Notes under the pieces: generated by a model | Database searches by the model: none | Told to the model about the DNA's origin: nothing | The model's input: only the letters and a program-made list of their open reading frames with translations | In this document: in pieces, positions 46,469-56,530 of the stretch | Numbering within the stretch: position 1 is the stretch's first letter | Layout: every line of letters starts with the position of its first letter | Source of the DNA: a virus | Lineage: Duplodnaviria; Caudoviricetes | Strand: one strand, 5' to 3' | Virus record (IMG/VR): IMGVR_UViG_3300020577_010931 | Coordinates: 1-64,000 of that record | DNA: 64,000 nucleotides | Position numbers and translations under genes: made by a program

Positions 46469-47251
46469 GTGATTCAGATCACAACTGATCTTCTCAAGAA
46501 AATCGCTCCCACCTCCGGGAAGGCAGTGGCGAAGAGAGATCGTATTCTGGAACTGATTGTTCCTGCTCTGAATTTGTATCTTCCTCAGTATGGAATCACA
46601 ACTCGTCTTCGCGTCTGTCATTTCCTTGCTCAGGCGGCTCACGAGACGATGGGGTTCCAGACCCTTGACGAGCTCGGTGGGGACGCTTATTTCAACGAAC
46701 ATTACGATACACGAACCGACCTGGGGAACACTGCCGCTCGTGATGGAGATGGAGCTCTCTATCATGGCCGGGGCATCTTCCAGTTGACAGGAAAGAGCAA
46801 CTACGAAATCTTTGGCGCTCGTATCGGAAAGGATCTCGTCAATCATCCTGAGATTGCCGAAGACGGTCCTACGTCTGTTCTCTTGGCCTGTCTTTACTGG
46901 ACAGATCGGAAGATCAATCAGTGGGCTGATGCGAACAATCTCGCGAAAGTCACTCTGAAAATCAATGGTGGCGACAATGGAATCGACAGCAGACGAACTT
47001 ATCTGAATCGCTGCTTCGACTACATCGTTGATGATGGAACTGTCGTTCCAACTCCGGTCACGCAACCACCCTTCATCCCTCCGATTCCTGGTCGGAAACC
47101 TCCGATCCCAGGAACTACGACAACCCCCATCTACATCCCTTCCACTCCCGTAGAACCGAAGAGTGCCTGGACTCGTTTCTGGGAGGCTGTCGCGAAGTTC
47201 ATCCTGTCTCTGAAAGGAAGTTCGAATGGATCCGGTCGCCACGACAATTGA
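46469..47251 (+). CDS. Endolysin, glycoside hydrolase family 19
   Basis: HFLAQ.AHET.G, Y.GRG.FQLTG..NY, INGG.NG...R. Confidence 0.92.
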   Translation: MIQITTDLLKKIAPTSGKAVAKRDRILELIVPALNLYLPQYGITTRLRVCHFLAQAAHETMGFQTLDELGGDAYFNEHYDTRTDLGNTAARDGDGALYHGRGIFQLTGKSNYEIFGARIGKDLVNHPEIAEDGPTSVLLACLYWTDRKINQWADANNLAKVTLKINGGDNGIDSRRTYLNRCFDYIVDDGTVVPTPVTQPPFIPPIPGRKPPIPGTTTTPIYIPSTPVEPKSAWTRFWEAVAKFILSLKGSSNGSGRHDN

Positions 47252-47747
47252 CCTGACTCCACTTCTCCAGGCTGTTGTCTCTCTCGCTGTTGTTCTTCTT
47301 ACGGCTCTTGGTGGCTGGGCGCTGAAGCATCTGACCGACAAGCTCGGCCTGGACAAGGACAGCAAGGTTCGTCAGAACATCTACGACGTCTTTGAGAAAG
47401 GACTCGCCTACGCGGCTCAGAAGGCCGTGGAGAAGGGTCAGGACTTCACCAAGATCGAGGTGAAGAACCAGATGATCGCTGAAGCTGCTCAGTATGTCAT
47501 CCCGAAGATTCCGGATGGTCTGGCCTACTTCAACATCACCCCGAAAGCTCTTGAGCAGATGCTGGAAGCTCGTCTAGGTACGGCAAATCTTGAGGTGAAT
47601 CGCGCGGCCATCGGCAACGTGAACGCCGCACCGACGAATCTTCCGGAAATCCCTGCTCCGCCGCCGGCCCCGCCCGTGACGAATATCACGGATTCGACGG
47701 TGACAATAGAAGCAACACCCGCGCCCGTTCCTGAGGCAACTCAGTGA
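47226..47747 (+). CDS. Holin-like protein (LL-H type)
   Basis: N-terminal TM, A.YV....PD, position after endolysin. Confidence 0.6.
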   Translation: MDPVATTIDLTPLLQAVVSLAVVLLTALGGWALKHLTDKLGLDKDSKVRQNIYDVFEKGLAYAAQKAVEKGQDFTKIEVKNQMIAEAAQYVIPKIPDGLAYFNITPKALEQMLEARLGTANLEVNRAAIGNVNAAPTNLPEIPAPPPAPPVTNITDSTVTIEATPAPVPEATQ

Positions 47748-48007
47748 TAGGTTCGATTGTTTCTGCTCTGATCTCAGGACTCCTGGGTTTCATCGGAGAT
47801 TACCTCAAGGATCTTCGACGAGAGCGAGATCTCAAAGACCTGGGATACACCCAAGCAGAAAGAGATGCAGCCAATGAAGGTCTCAAGCGTGCTGAAAGAG
47901 CCAATGAGATTCGTGCTGGGAATCTCGTTCCCGGTGCTGCTGAGCGGTTGCGCACTTCTCAGTGGAACAGGGACAGCAAACGCCCCGCCGATCGTGTCGG
48001 GGTGTGA
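47744..48007 (+). CDS. i-spanin-like protein
   Basis: N-terminal TM + coiled coil; overlaps a lipoprotein gene. Confidence 0.7.
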   Translation: MIGSIVSALISGLLGFIGDYLKDLRRERDLKDLGYTQAERDAANEGLKRAERANEIRAGNLVPGAAERLRTSQWNRDSKRPADRVGV

Positions 48008-48146
48008 GTGGGTCCAGCCCATCATGATCGGAAACGCTGACGTTCTCACCGATCAGACGGCGTCTGAGATCGAGTCTCACAATCAGCTTTGGTCCGAAAA
48101 CTGCGCGCCTAAGCCCGCAGTGCTAGAGACCCCTCCCACGCCCTAG
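47904..48146 (+). CDS. o-spanin-like lipoprotein
   Basis: Lipobox LLSGC; out-of-frame overlap with i-spanin. Confidence 0.75.
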   Translation: MRFVLGISFPVLLSGCALLSGTGTANAPPIVSGCEWVQPIMIGNADVLTDQTASEIESHNQLWSENCAPKPAVLETPPTP

Positions 48147-48239
48147 CGCGTGTCCAGAATTGCCTCGCGCGCGTGCGCGGGGGTACCAGTGGCGGCCGGG
48201 CCGCTTGACTGCTCTAGAGCAAGCCAAGCGGCCCGATGC

Positions 48240-48498
48240 TTATGGACGAGCTAGCTCGACCTTGATGGCAGGACAGAAATCCGCGTGAGCCATCCACCAT
48301 TCCACGATTTCTCCAGGCTGATCGAAGATACGAGCCTTTTCGAAATCACTGGTCCATTCGCCGTTGTCGTCAAGGAACTTGTCGGTATCCGGATTCACCG
48401 GGCTCATCGAAGATACGAGCCTTCTCGAAATCACTGGTCCATTCGCCATTGTCGTCAAGGAACTTGTCGGTATCCGGATTCACTGCGACGCACTTCAA
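48240..48498 (-). pseudogene. Small gene frameshifted by an internal 85-bp tandem duplication
   Basis: GGAGG then TTG at 48498; first frame stops at 48370; the C-terminus is in another frame. Confidence 0.6.
48321..48483. repeat. 78-bp direct repeat, period 85, two mismatches
   Basis: 48321-48398 and 48406-48483. Confidence 0.92.
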
Positions 48499-48620
48499 AG
48501 CTGTCCTCCTGGGATGTTCAATGCTTTATAGTATATAGGTAGCGACTTCTCCCCAAATCACAGGAAAGTGGTTCTTGCTTGCGCGAGATCCTCAGCCTGC
48601 TAAACTGAGCATTCCTCATT

Positions 48621-50333
48621 GTGGATAGAGTCATGCCGCTGCTCGTTGGTCAGATTGAGAAGTCGAAGACTGTCTACGGTACGGTCACTGGTCAAAAATC
48701 TCCTCGTCTTTATGACACAGCTCGTTCTATGCCTGGGAAGAAGAAATGGGTGGACAACGTCCTCTACTTCGAACTCAGCGGTGCGAATATCGAATTTCTG
48801 AGATCTCGTCATCCTGAAGCGACTTGGACTCCAGAGATGGAGAGTCGATACCAGGAGATCGTGAATACGAGAGCTCTCGAGCAATCTGTTCGAGAAGCCA
48901 AGATGAATGGTATCAATTTCATTGAGAATTTCCCTTTCAAGCTTCCACCTTTCAAGCACCAGAAGGAAGCGTTTTCTCTTTCTGGGACGAAGCCGTATTT
49001 CGGCTATTTCATGGAGATGGGAACCGGCAAGACTAAGGTCACGATCGACAACGCTGCCCTCCTGATTTCTGAAGGTCTTATCGATACTATTCTCATCGTC
49101 GCCCCAAACGGAGTCCATGCTCAGTGGGTGAACGAACAGATTCCAGAGCACATGCCGGCATTCGTTAACTACGTGTCGTTCAAGTATTTCTCGGGATGTG
49201 ACAAAGGGAAGAAGAACCAGGAAGCTCTTGAGGCCTTCTGGGAATCCGATAAGATTCGAGTTCTCGCTATGAACGTGGAATCCTTCTCCCACGATAGCGG
49301 TGTAGAATTCGCTTCCAAGTTCATTCGTTCTGGTACAACTTTGATGATCGTGGATGAGTCATCCAAGATCAAGAACATTGGATCGAAGAGAACCAAGAAT
49401 ATTCTGAAGCTGAGAGACATGGCTCCCTTCAGGCGTGCTCTATCTGGGACCCCCGTGACCCAGGGAGTCGAAGATCTCTACGCTCAGCTTCTCTTCCTCC
49501 ACGAAGACATTCTGGGTCACTCGAGTTTCTACACATTCCGCAATGAATTCTGCGTCATGGGCGGGTATGAGAACAAGGAGATTGTAGGATACAGGAATCT
49601 TGAGGGTCTCCAGCAGAGACTCGATGGACATACGATTCGCGTTCTCAAGGAAGACTGCCTCGACCTTCCGGAAAAGATGTTCGTCAATCGTGAAGTAGAG
49701 ATGACTGAAGAACAAGCTCGTCTCTACAGTGAATTGAAGAAACACTTCATTGCTGAAATTTCAGAGAACCAGTCGGTTGAGGCTCCTCTGGCTGTTGTTC
49801 GTCTTCTTCGTCTCCAGGAGATTCTTTCCGGGTACACGAAAGATGAGACTGGTCTGATTCACGAGATTCCGAACAATCGTATTGATGATCTCATTGAGGT
49901 CATTGAAGAAGTCCCTGGGAAAGTCATCGTCTGGGCTCGTTTCAAATACGACGCTCAAATGATTGGCCAGCGTCTTGAGAAAGAGGGAATCGAATTTGCT
50001 CTGTACGGAGGATCTGTTCCTGCAGAGAAGAGACCAGCCGTTATTCAGCGATTCAGAGAAGATCCGAAGTGCAAGGTCTTTCTTACGAACACTCAGATGG
50101 GTGGAACTGGTCTCAATCTCACTTGTGCGAGCACGGCGGTCTATTACAACCTCGATTTCAATCTTGAGAATTTCCTTCAGAGTCAGGATCGTATCCATAG
50201 GATCGGTGCGACTCAGAAATGCACCTATGTTCTTCTTCAGGCTCGCGGGACTCTTGATGTGAAGATCGCCTCGGCTCTAAAGTCGAAGAAAGATCTTGCC
50301 ACGATGGTTCTGGACATTAGAGACTACATCTGA
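48621..50333 (+). CDS. SNF2-family (SF2) helicase
   Basis: MEMGTGKT, DESS.IKN, LSGTP, QSQDR.HRIG. Confidence 0.92.
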   Translation: MDRVMPLLVGQIEKSKTVYGTVTGQKSPRLYDTARSMPGKKKWVDNVLYFELSGANIEFLRSRHPEATWTPEMESRYQEIVNTRALEQSVREAKMNGINFIENFPFKLPPFKHQKEAFSLSGTKPYFGYFMEMGTGKTKVTIDNAALLISEGLIDTILIVAPNGVHAQWVNEQIPEHMPAFVNYVSFKYFSGCDKGKKNQEALEAFWESDKIRVLAMNVESFSHDSGVEFASKFIRSGTTLMIVDESSKIKNIGSKRTKNILKLRDMAPFRRALSGTPVTQGVEDLYAQLLFLHEDILGHSSFYTFRNEFCVMGGYENKEIVGYRNLEGLQQRLDGHTIRVLKEDCLDLPEKMFVNREVEMTEEQARLYSELKKHFIAEISENQSVEAPLAVVRLLRLQEILSGYTKDETGLIHEIPNNRIDDLIEVIEEVPGKVIVWARFKYDAQMIGQRLEKEGIEFALYGGSVPAEKRPAVIQRFREDPKCKVFLTNTQMGGTGLNLTCASTAVYYNLDFNLENFLQSQDRIHRIGATQKCTYVLLQARGTLDVKIASALKSKKDLATMVLDIRDYI

Positions 50334-50393
50334 TTCCTCTTCCGTGTGGCGCTGAGATAATCGCCGCGGTATGATGTTCACACAACAAAGGAC

Positions 50394-50963
50394 ATGCCTA
50401 TGACGGAAATCGACCTGACTGAAGACGCCGATGAGCGTCGACCAATTGATACCACTGACGCAGCCCAGATCGGTATCCTGTGCGAAGAATATCTGAAGCT
50501 CGAGAGAGAAATCACCATTCTCGAGGAAAGGATCGCCAAGCGCAAGGAGCGGATGAGCCGTCTTGAACTGGAATTCATTCCTGAATCCATGCGAGCGGCG
50601 AATACTTCTGAGTTCAAGCTGTACGATGGAAGCAAGGTGGAGGTCAAACCCTTCATCAAGCTCGGTATCGTCGAGGAGAAGAAACCGGAAGCCTTCAAGT
50701 GGTTCCGGGCGAACAACTTCGGCGACATCATCAAGCGGAACGTTTCGGTTGCTCTCGGGAAAGGTCAGGACAAGGTCGCCACCGAGGTCTTTGACATCCT
50801 GACCAAGATGAAACTCAATCCTGTCGATCAGGAGAACGTCCACTGGCAGACGCTTCAGGCGTTCGGCAAGGAGCAGCTCGCCAAGGGTGTTCAGTTCCCG
50901 GAGGAAATCTTCTCTGTCTTCTCTGGGATGAAGGCGAAGATCAAGGTCCCCAAGGACAAGTAA
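50394..50963 (+). CDS. Conserved replication-module protein, function unknown
   Basis: IPE.M, AF.W.R.N..GDIIK, VHWQTL.AF.KE. Confidence 0.75.
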   Translation: MPMTEIDLTEDADERRPIDTTDAAQIGILCEEYLKLEREITILEERIAKRKERMSRLELEFIPESMRAANTSEFKLYDGSKVEVKPFIKLGIVEEKKPEAFKWFRANNFGDIIKRNVSVALGKGQDKVATEVFDILTKMKLNPVDQENVHWQTLQAFGKEQLAKGVQFPEEIFSVFSGMKAKIKVPKDK

Positions 50964-51065
50964 ATCCTGGGGCACAAGATCCTCCGGTAAGGCAAATCCA
51001 TGAACAAATAGGACTTGCATTGCCGGTCGATTCGTAGCAATATACAGTCCTTCAGACGGGAGCCA

Positions 51066-51944
51066 ATGATGGCCAAAGCAGCGGCGGAAGCCGTGGTTGA
51101 TGAAAAGGTGACGGAGCCCGTCGCCGAAGAGAAGAAGGAGGTCGTCGAAGCGCCGTCTGCTTCAACGGCAGTCGTTCCGATGAGTGTGTCGATGGACATG
51201 CTCATGGAAGACGAAGGTCAGGGTCTCGAGAACGTCGGTATCGCCGATGTTATGGTCCCGTACCTTTCGGTCCTTCAGAACACCAGTCCCCAGGTGAAAA
51301 AGAAAGACGCTGCGTACGTGGAAGGTGCCGAAGAGGGCATGTTCTACAACACGGCGTCTGGTGTTCTCTACGATGGTGACAAGGGTGTCATCCTCGTTCC
51401 GGCGCATTTCATTCGTCGTCATGTCGAATGGATTCCCCGCGACAAGGGTGGCGGTCTGGTCGCCGACTATGGGAAGGACTCCTCCGTTCTTGCTCGTTGC
51501 GAGCAGGTCGGGGCGCGTTACGTCACCAAGGACGGCAATGAGATCGTCGTCTCTGGGACACACTACGTCTTCATCGTCAATCCGGAAACCGGTCAGTTCG
51601 AGAGAGCGATCTTCTCTCTGTCCGGTACCCAGATGAAGAAGTCCAGGAAGTGGATCAACGCTCTGGAGTCTCTCCAGTGGCCGAGACCCAATGGACAAGG
51701 GACGTTCAAGCCTGCATCGTTTGCGAGCTCGTTCCACGTCACCACGGTGCCTGAGTCCAACAAGAAGGGCGACTGGATGGGGGTCAAGATTGTCCCCTTC
51801 AAACCCACCCTTCAGCTTCCCAACGGCAATGAGATCTATCTCAAGGCCCGGGAATTCAAGAAGTCCATCGAGGCCGGCGAGATCAAAATCGCCGAACCCG
51901 AGCAGCACAGCGACAGCGGTTCGGAAGACGATCCTCCGTTCTGA
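51066..51944 (+). CDS. ssDNA-binding-like protein
   Basis: D...PYL..LQ..SPQV, acidic tail ending DDPPF; promoter TTGCAT-N17-CAATAT at 51015. Confidence 0.65.
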   Translation: MMAKAAAEAVVDEKVTEPVAEEKKEVVEAPSASTAVVPMSVSMDMLMEDEGQGLENVGIADVMVPYLSVLQNTSPQVKKKDAAYVEGAEEGMFYNTASGVLYDGDKGVILVPAHFIRRHVEWIPRDKGGGLVADYGKDSSVLARCEQVGARYVTKDGNEIVVSGTHYVFIVNPETGQFERAIFSLSGTQMKKSRKWINALESLQWPRPNGQGTFKPASFASSFHVTTVPESNKKGDWMGVKIVPFKPTLQLPNGNEIYLKAREFKKSIEAGEIKIAEPEQHSDSGSEDDPPF

Positions 51945-51979
51945 TCTGACTCGCCACCACAAAACATCAAGAGAGAATC

Positions 51980-52678
51980 ATGGCAGATACCACCGAAGCC
52001 CCGAAGACCGAAGAGACCAAGGCGGCCGAGACGCCGAAGACTCCGGCGCCGACCTACAACTACTGGATCGGTTCGAAGCACTCGGACGAGGGCACGGCGC
52101 TCAACTTCGTGATGAAGCACGTCGTCGCCAATCCGGGTGTGTCCCACGAGACGCTGAAGCAGGCAGTCATCGCGGGCTACTCGCGCAAGACCGGCGCCCC
52201 GGTCACTCCGGTCTATGTCCAGTCGCTGATTCGCTACGCCGTGAAGAACGGCAACCTCGTCGAGCGCGCCGAGGCGGCCGGTCCGGGTCTCCCGACCAAG
52301 CCCGTCAAGGAATCGGCGCCGGGGACCACGACCGCTTCGGGCGAGACGAAGCCGGCTGAGCCGGTCGCGTCGGAGTCCGGCCAGGAAGTCCTCAAGGCCC
52401 TCGAGGGCAAGACGGGTCCGTTCACCCGTGACGAGATCGCGACGCACACCGGCAAGAAGGTCGTCGCGATCACCCGTACGCTGATGAAGCTCGTCAAGGA
52501 CGGCTTCCTCATCGAGACGAAGGAGGGCGAGGTCACCAAGTACAGCGTCGCTCCGTCGAAGACGGGTGCTCCGGCGACCACCGAGGGTACGGCAGCGACC
52601 GAGGCCATCTCGCCGCCGGAGACGACCGGCGTCGTGACCGATGGGACCGAGACGGCCGGCACCGACGCCAGCGAGTAA
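51980..52678 (+). CDS. Protein with two winged-helix-like domains and low-complexity linkers
   Basis: FTRDEIATHTGKK...RTL.KLVKDGFL..KEG...YS; strongly biased codons. Confidence 0.6.
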   Translation: MADTTEAPKTEETKAAETPKTPAPTYNYWIGSKHSDEGTALNFVMKHVVANPGVSHETLKQAVIAGYSRKTGAPVTPVYVQSLIRYAVKNGNLVERAEAAGPGLPTKPVKESAPGTTTASGETKPAEPVASESGQEVLKALEGKTGPFTRDEIATHTGKKVVAITRTLMKLVKDGFLIETKEGEVTKYSVAPSKTGAPATTEGTAATEAISPPETTGVVTDGTETAGTDASE

Positions 52679-52697
52679 GTTCTCGCTCGTTTCTATC

Positions 52698-52731
52698 AGA
52701 CCCCGCCGAGAGACCCTCGGCGGGGTCTTTT
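52698..52731 (+). terminator. Intrinsic terminator
   Basis: AGACCCCGCCGAG/CTCGGCGGGGTCT then TTT. Confidence 0.85.
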
Positions 52732-52746
52732 ACTTTGGAGGATCGC

Positions 52747-53646
52747 TTGGATCAGGTTGTGTTCGACAAAGATATGCTCGATACGGCGATCTACTATTTC
52801 AATGAACGGGAACGAATTCGACAGAAGAAGGAAGAAGGAGAGAAGTGGCCCTGGACCAAAGATCCAATCCTCCAGCAGTTCTCGTTCACGAACATCCTGC
52901 GTGAACACGACCGAACCTCCTCCTGGGCCAATCAGAACTGGTATGCTCCGCACTATGAAGCAGATCCAGCTGTTCAGCTTTTCAACTGCGGCGTGTTCCG
53001 CTATTTCGGTACGATCGAATTTGCCGAAGATCTCGGTTGGCAGGACAAGTTCGATCCGGACTATATCATCGGCACTGCTGATGAGAGAATGAAATACAAG
53101 AAGAAGGTCTTCACCGGGGCCTATGTCATTACGAACCAAGGGATCGCGAGACCGAAACAAGAAGTGGTCACAGAGATTTTCCTGAAGGGTCTCTGGGAAT
53201 CGCGCCATGCTATACTTAGTGCATACAATCGTTCCCACAAATGGGAAGACGCTGCGCGTGTTCTGATGGGAGTTGCCGGATTCGGCGGATCTGGATTCAT
53301 GGCCAAAGAGGTATTGCAGGACGCAATGTTCACAGCGGCAATGCCTCGGAACGAGGTTATCGATCGTATGTCCTGGAGTCCTGTTGGGCCAGGAGCCCAG
53401 AGAGGACTGAACCGTCTACAGGCTCGACCGCTTGATCAGAGGGTTCGAGAAGCCGATGGTATTCGGCAAATGAAGCATCTACAGTCTTGGCTTGTGGATG
53501 CGGCTGAACCTCACATGAGCATTGTTCTGGATCGGTTCGATCTCCACGCCGTCCAGTTCATCTGCTGTGAAATCGACAAGTACGTTCGCGTACGCAACGG
53601 CGAGGGACGTCCACGACAGACGTATCGCCAGGGAAGACACGCATGA
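52747..53646 (+). CDS. 5-hmdU DNA kinase (HMUDK helical / aGPT-Pplase1 family)
   Basis: ERERIR..KE.G..WPWT.DPIL..F.FTN..RE.DR; GPGA.RGLNR; CE.DKY.R. Confidence 0.82.
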   Translation: MDQVVFDKDMLDTAIYYFNERERIRQKKEEGEKWPWTKDPILQQFSFTNILREHDRTSSWANQNWYAPHYEADPAVQLFNCGVFRYFGTIEFAEDLGWQDKFDPDYIIGTADERMKYKKKVFTGAYVITNQGIARPKQEVVTEIFLKGLWESRHAILSAYNRSHKWEDAARVLMGVAGFGGSGFMAKEVLQDAMFTAAMPRNEVIDRMSWSPVGPGAQRGLNRLQARPLDQRVREADGIRQMKHLQSWLVDAAEPHMSIVLDRFDLHAVQFICCEIDKYVRVRNGEGRPRQTYRQGRHA

Positions 53647-54965
53647 AGATCCTTATCGCCTGCTACCAGATGATGGACCTCGGTGGTATCGTCGGGGACC
53701 TGGAAGCTCTGTATCAGGGTCTCACGACCCTGGGTCACGAAGTGGAGGTTCGTCAGCTTTGCTGGCGCACAACGATTGGTTCCCAGAGAATCGATACGAC
53801 TGGGATGATCAAGGGGAGCTTTGGTCTCTGGCATGATCAGACTGGATGGGTTTGGGACCAGGTACATCGGATTCCCTACAAGGGTCCCGAGAATATCAGC
53901 CGGTGGAAAGAATTTGCCAACGGATTTGATGCGGTCATCTGGCATCTTCCCGTGCCGTCACAGAACAACGAGAATGAGGGAAATAGCGATTGGCTGGAAC
54001 TGTATGAGATCTCTCCAGCACAGATCGCGTATGTCCATGACGGGAACCTTCACGAGGGTTATCCGTGGGTCTATGCTATCCAGAATCGAATCAAAGCATT
54101 CGTCGCGACTCAGGGAGCTGCCTATGGAAGTCTCGCGCAGGTTCCGAATCGGTCGTATCTGGTGATGTCGGGCCAGGTCGATATCGAGAATCGGAAGAGG
54201 ATGCGCGAGCCTCGCTGGGAAGATAGACTCCCTGGGTTCTATGCGAATTTCACGGCGAAGGGATGGAAGCATCTCGCAGATCTGGTGAGAGCAGTTCCTC
54301 ACATGAATGCGTATCCGAAGATCTATGCGGGAAACGGCATCGATCTCAGATACATGCGATCCCCCGACAAGTGTCCTCCCAAGTATTTCGCAAGCGAACA
54401 ATACGATCCTGATATGAAGCCCGAGTGGAAGGGCAAGAAGATCTGGGACTTGGCGCTGGAACACAAGCTCCAGCATCGCGACTACGTTCATCCCCAGGAG
54501 CGAGACAATCTGATGTCTCGTATGAGAGTCCATATCGATCCTTCGTGGTCCAAGAAGTATGCGAGGTTCGGTGGACATTGGAATCGCACGACCGTCGATT
54601 CCATGATTGTCGGTACGATTCCTATCGCACGGAATCTCGGTATCGCCACGAATGAAGAAGGTTACGGGGATATCTTCAATCCCGGCGTGAACTACTTCAT
54701 GATTCCCTGGAATACGACGCCCAAGCAGTTCGCAGACGAAGTGCGACGTGCGATCTGTATGTCTACCCAGGAGTACAAGCGATATCTCGAGGAGATGGAT
54801 CTCATCATTGACACCTGGGACAATGTCAAGGTCGCTGAACGCATCGTGAAGGCGATTACTGGAGATACCAAGAGCGATCTTCCAACCCAGGTGGGTGGAT
54901 TTAACGAGACTCTATCTCTTCGCGCCGAGGACGTGTGCCGGACCTTCTTTAAGGTCTCTTGGTAG
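53643..54965 (+). CDS. GT-B fold (GT4-like) glycosyltransferase
   Basis: MKILI..GG..GHEV N-terminus, HD motif, DSM..GTIPI; ATGA-coupled to the kinase. Confidence 0.7.
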   Translation: MKILIACYQMMDLGGIVGDLEALYQGLTTLGHEVEVRQLCWRTTIGSQRIDTTGMIKGSFGLWHDQTGWVWDQVHRIPYKGPENISRWKEFANGFDAVIWHLPVPSQNNENEGNSDWLELYEISPAQIAYVHDGNLHEGYPWVYAIQNRIKAFVATQGAAYGSLAQVPNRSYLVMSGQVDIENRKRMREPRWEDRLPGFYANFTAKGWKHLADLVRAVPHMNAYPKIYAGNGIDLRYMRSPDKCPPKYFASEQYDPDMKPEWKGKKIWDLALEHKLQHRDYVHPQERDNLMSRMRVHIDPSWSKKYARFGGHWNRTTVDSMIVGTIPIARNLGIATNEEGYGDIFNPGVNYFMIPWNTTPKQFADEVRRAICMSTQEYKRYLEEMDLIIDTWDNVKVAERIVKAITGDTKSDLPTQVGGFNETLSLRAEDVCRTFFKVSW

Positions 54966-55016
54966 CGCCAAGACCGTCCCAGCCGTACAATAGGTCACAC
55001 CTACCAAGGGAGCCCA

Positions 55017-56015
55017 GTGATGGGAGTAGAAAGCGCGTACTCGACACGCAACGTCAACACGGGATTCTTCACACTCTACAATGCGATCCAGAAGGAGGGC
55101 CTCCCTTCCGATAGTCGCAACGGTCCGGTGCTTCGCTGGCCGACTCCGATCATCGTGACCTACGAGAATCCCTGTGAACGAGTTCTCTTCGACGAGACTC
55201 GAGATCACAACTACTTCTTCGCATTCTTTGAGTCTCTCTGGATGCTCGCAGGTCGGGACGATCTGGAGTTCCTGAGTCTCTTCAACAAGAATATGGCGAA
55301 CTACTCGGATGACGGGAAGCTCATTCGTGGTTCGGCGTATGGACGGAGATGGAGAGACTGGTTCGGCTACGATCAAATTTCACACGTCATCCATGAGCTC
55401 CAGGACAATCCCACTTCTCGTCGCTGTGTTCTGACGATGTGGGATGCGACGAGCGATCCTCTCGTCAGCAGCAAAGACATCCCCTGCAATACTCAGGCGT
55501 ATGTCGAAGTGGACAATTGGGGTGAGGTCAATCTCACTGTCCTGAATCGTTCCAACGATCTTGTGTACGGGATGTTCGGCAGCAACGCTGTCCACTTCAG
55601 TTTCCTTCTGGAGTACATCGCAGCAAACCTTGGGCGCAAGGTCGGTGTCTATCATCAATTCTCCAACAATCTCCATCTCTACACTGACTTTCCAATCACG
55701 AAGAAGATCGGTCCCCGTGTTGAAGTCGACGATCCGTATTCAGATGGACGAGTGTCGACATTCCCTATGTTCCGGAGAGGAGATGAAGATGAGCTCCGGG
55801 ACTGGGATATCGATCTTCAGCGGAGTTTCGATCTCTCCTGGGGCAAGTTCGAAACGGAATTCTTCTGCGAAGTTGTGCATCCCATGAGAGAGACGCATCG
55901 ACTTTATCGTATGAAGAAATACGATGAAGCTCTCGCAACATGCGAGAAAATCAAGGCCACCGACATTCGCTACAATGCGAGGGAGTGGCTCAACAGAAGG
56001 ATCACGAAACGGTGA
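55017..56015 (+). CDS. Thymidylate synthase homologue, probable dUMP hydroxymethylase
   Basis: PCN catalytic Cys, RSND...N (Asn = dUMP specificity), NLHLY. Confidence 0.85.
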   Translation: MMGVESAYSTRNVNTGFFTLYNAIQKEGLPSDSRNGPVLRWPTPIIVTYENPCERVLFDETRDHNYFFAFFESLWMLAGRDDLEFLSLFNKNMANYSDDGKLIRGSAYGRRWRDWFGYDQISHVIHELQDNPTSRRCVLTMWDATSDPLVSSKDIPCNTQAYVEVDNWGEVNLTVLNRSNDLVYGMFGSNAVHFSFLLEYIAANLGRKVGVYHQFSNNLHLYTDFPITKKIGPRVEVDDPYSDGRVSTFPMFRRGDEDELRDWDIDLQRSFDLSWGKFETEFFCEVVHPMRETHRLYRMKKYDEALATCEKIKATDIRYNAREWLNRRITKR

Positions 56016-56530
56016 AACTCGTCACTATCTGGAAGACCGCTCGGACTCGTCGCTATCACACGGAGCCGACGGATCAGGGTGGACAGAACGTCGCCGACCA
56101 TACGTTCGGCACGATGCTGATTATGAACTATCTCTGGCCGTACGCCAGGAAGGAAGTCTTCATCTTCCTGATGACTCATGATCTTCCTGAATCCTTCACG
56201 GGTGATTCGCCGGCTCCCGCCAAGCGGAAGAACCCGAAGCTCTGGGCTCTCTTGAACGAAATGGAGGAAGACTGGCTGCACGAAAATGAAATCGAAGTCC
56301 CTGAGTTGGATGATCTTGAGCACATCCAGGTTCATGTCTGTGATGGACTCGAGGCTCTCCTCTACAGTGCGCATCAGGTTGCTCAGGGCAACCGTCTGTT
56401 TGGCGCGATGGTAGCTCGAGCGCTAAAATACGTTGGCGCAGAGGCCGACAAGCTCCATGAGAGTGACGCTTCTCGCATTCGAGTCATTTTGCAGGAAGCG
56501 AAACACTATGCTGACACAGCAATCGAGTGA
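56012..56530 (+). CDS. HD-domain 5'-deoxynucleotidase (YfbR-like)
   Basis: RYH, NVADH, HDLPE..TGD.P.P.K. Confidence 0.82.
   Translation: MKLVTIWKTARTRRYHTEPTDQGGQNVADHTFGTMLIMNYLWPYARKEVFIFLMTHDLPESFTGDSPAPAKRKNPKLWALLNEMEEDWLHENEIEVPELDDLEHIQVHVCDGLEALLYSAHQVAQGNRLFGAMVARALKYVGAEADKLHESDASRIRVILQEAKHYADTAIE

Noticed and set aside
55017-56015. dCMP hydroxymethylase (hmC pathway)
   Set aside because: Specificity residue is Asn rather than Asp, and the neighbour is a 5-hmdU kinase-like gene
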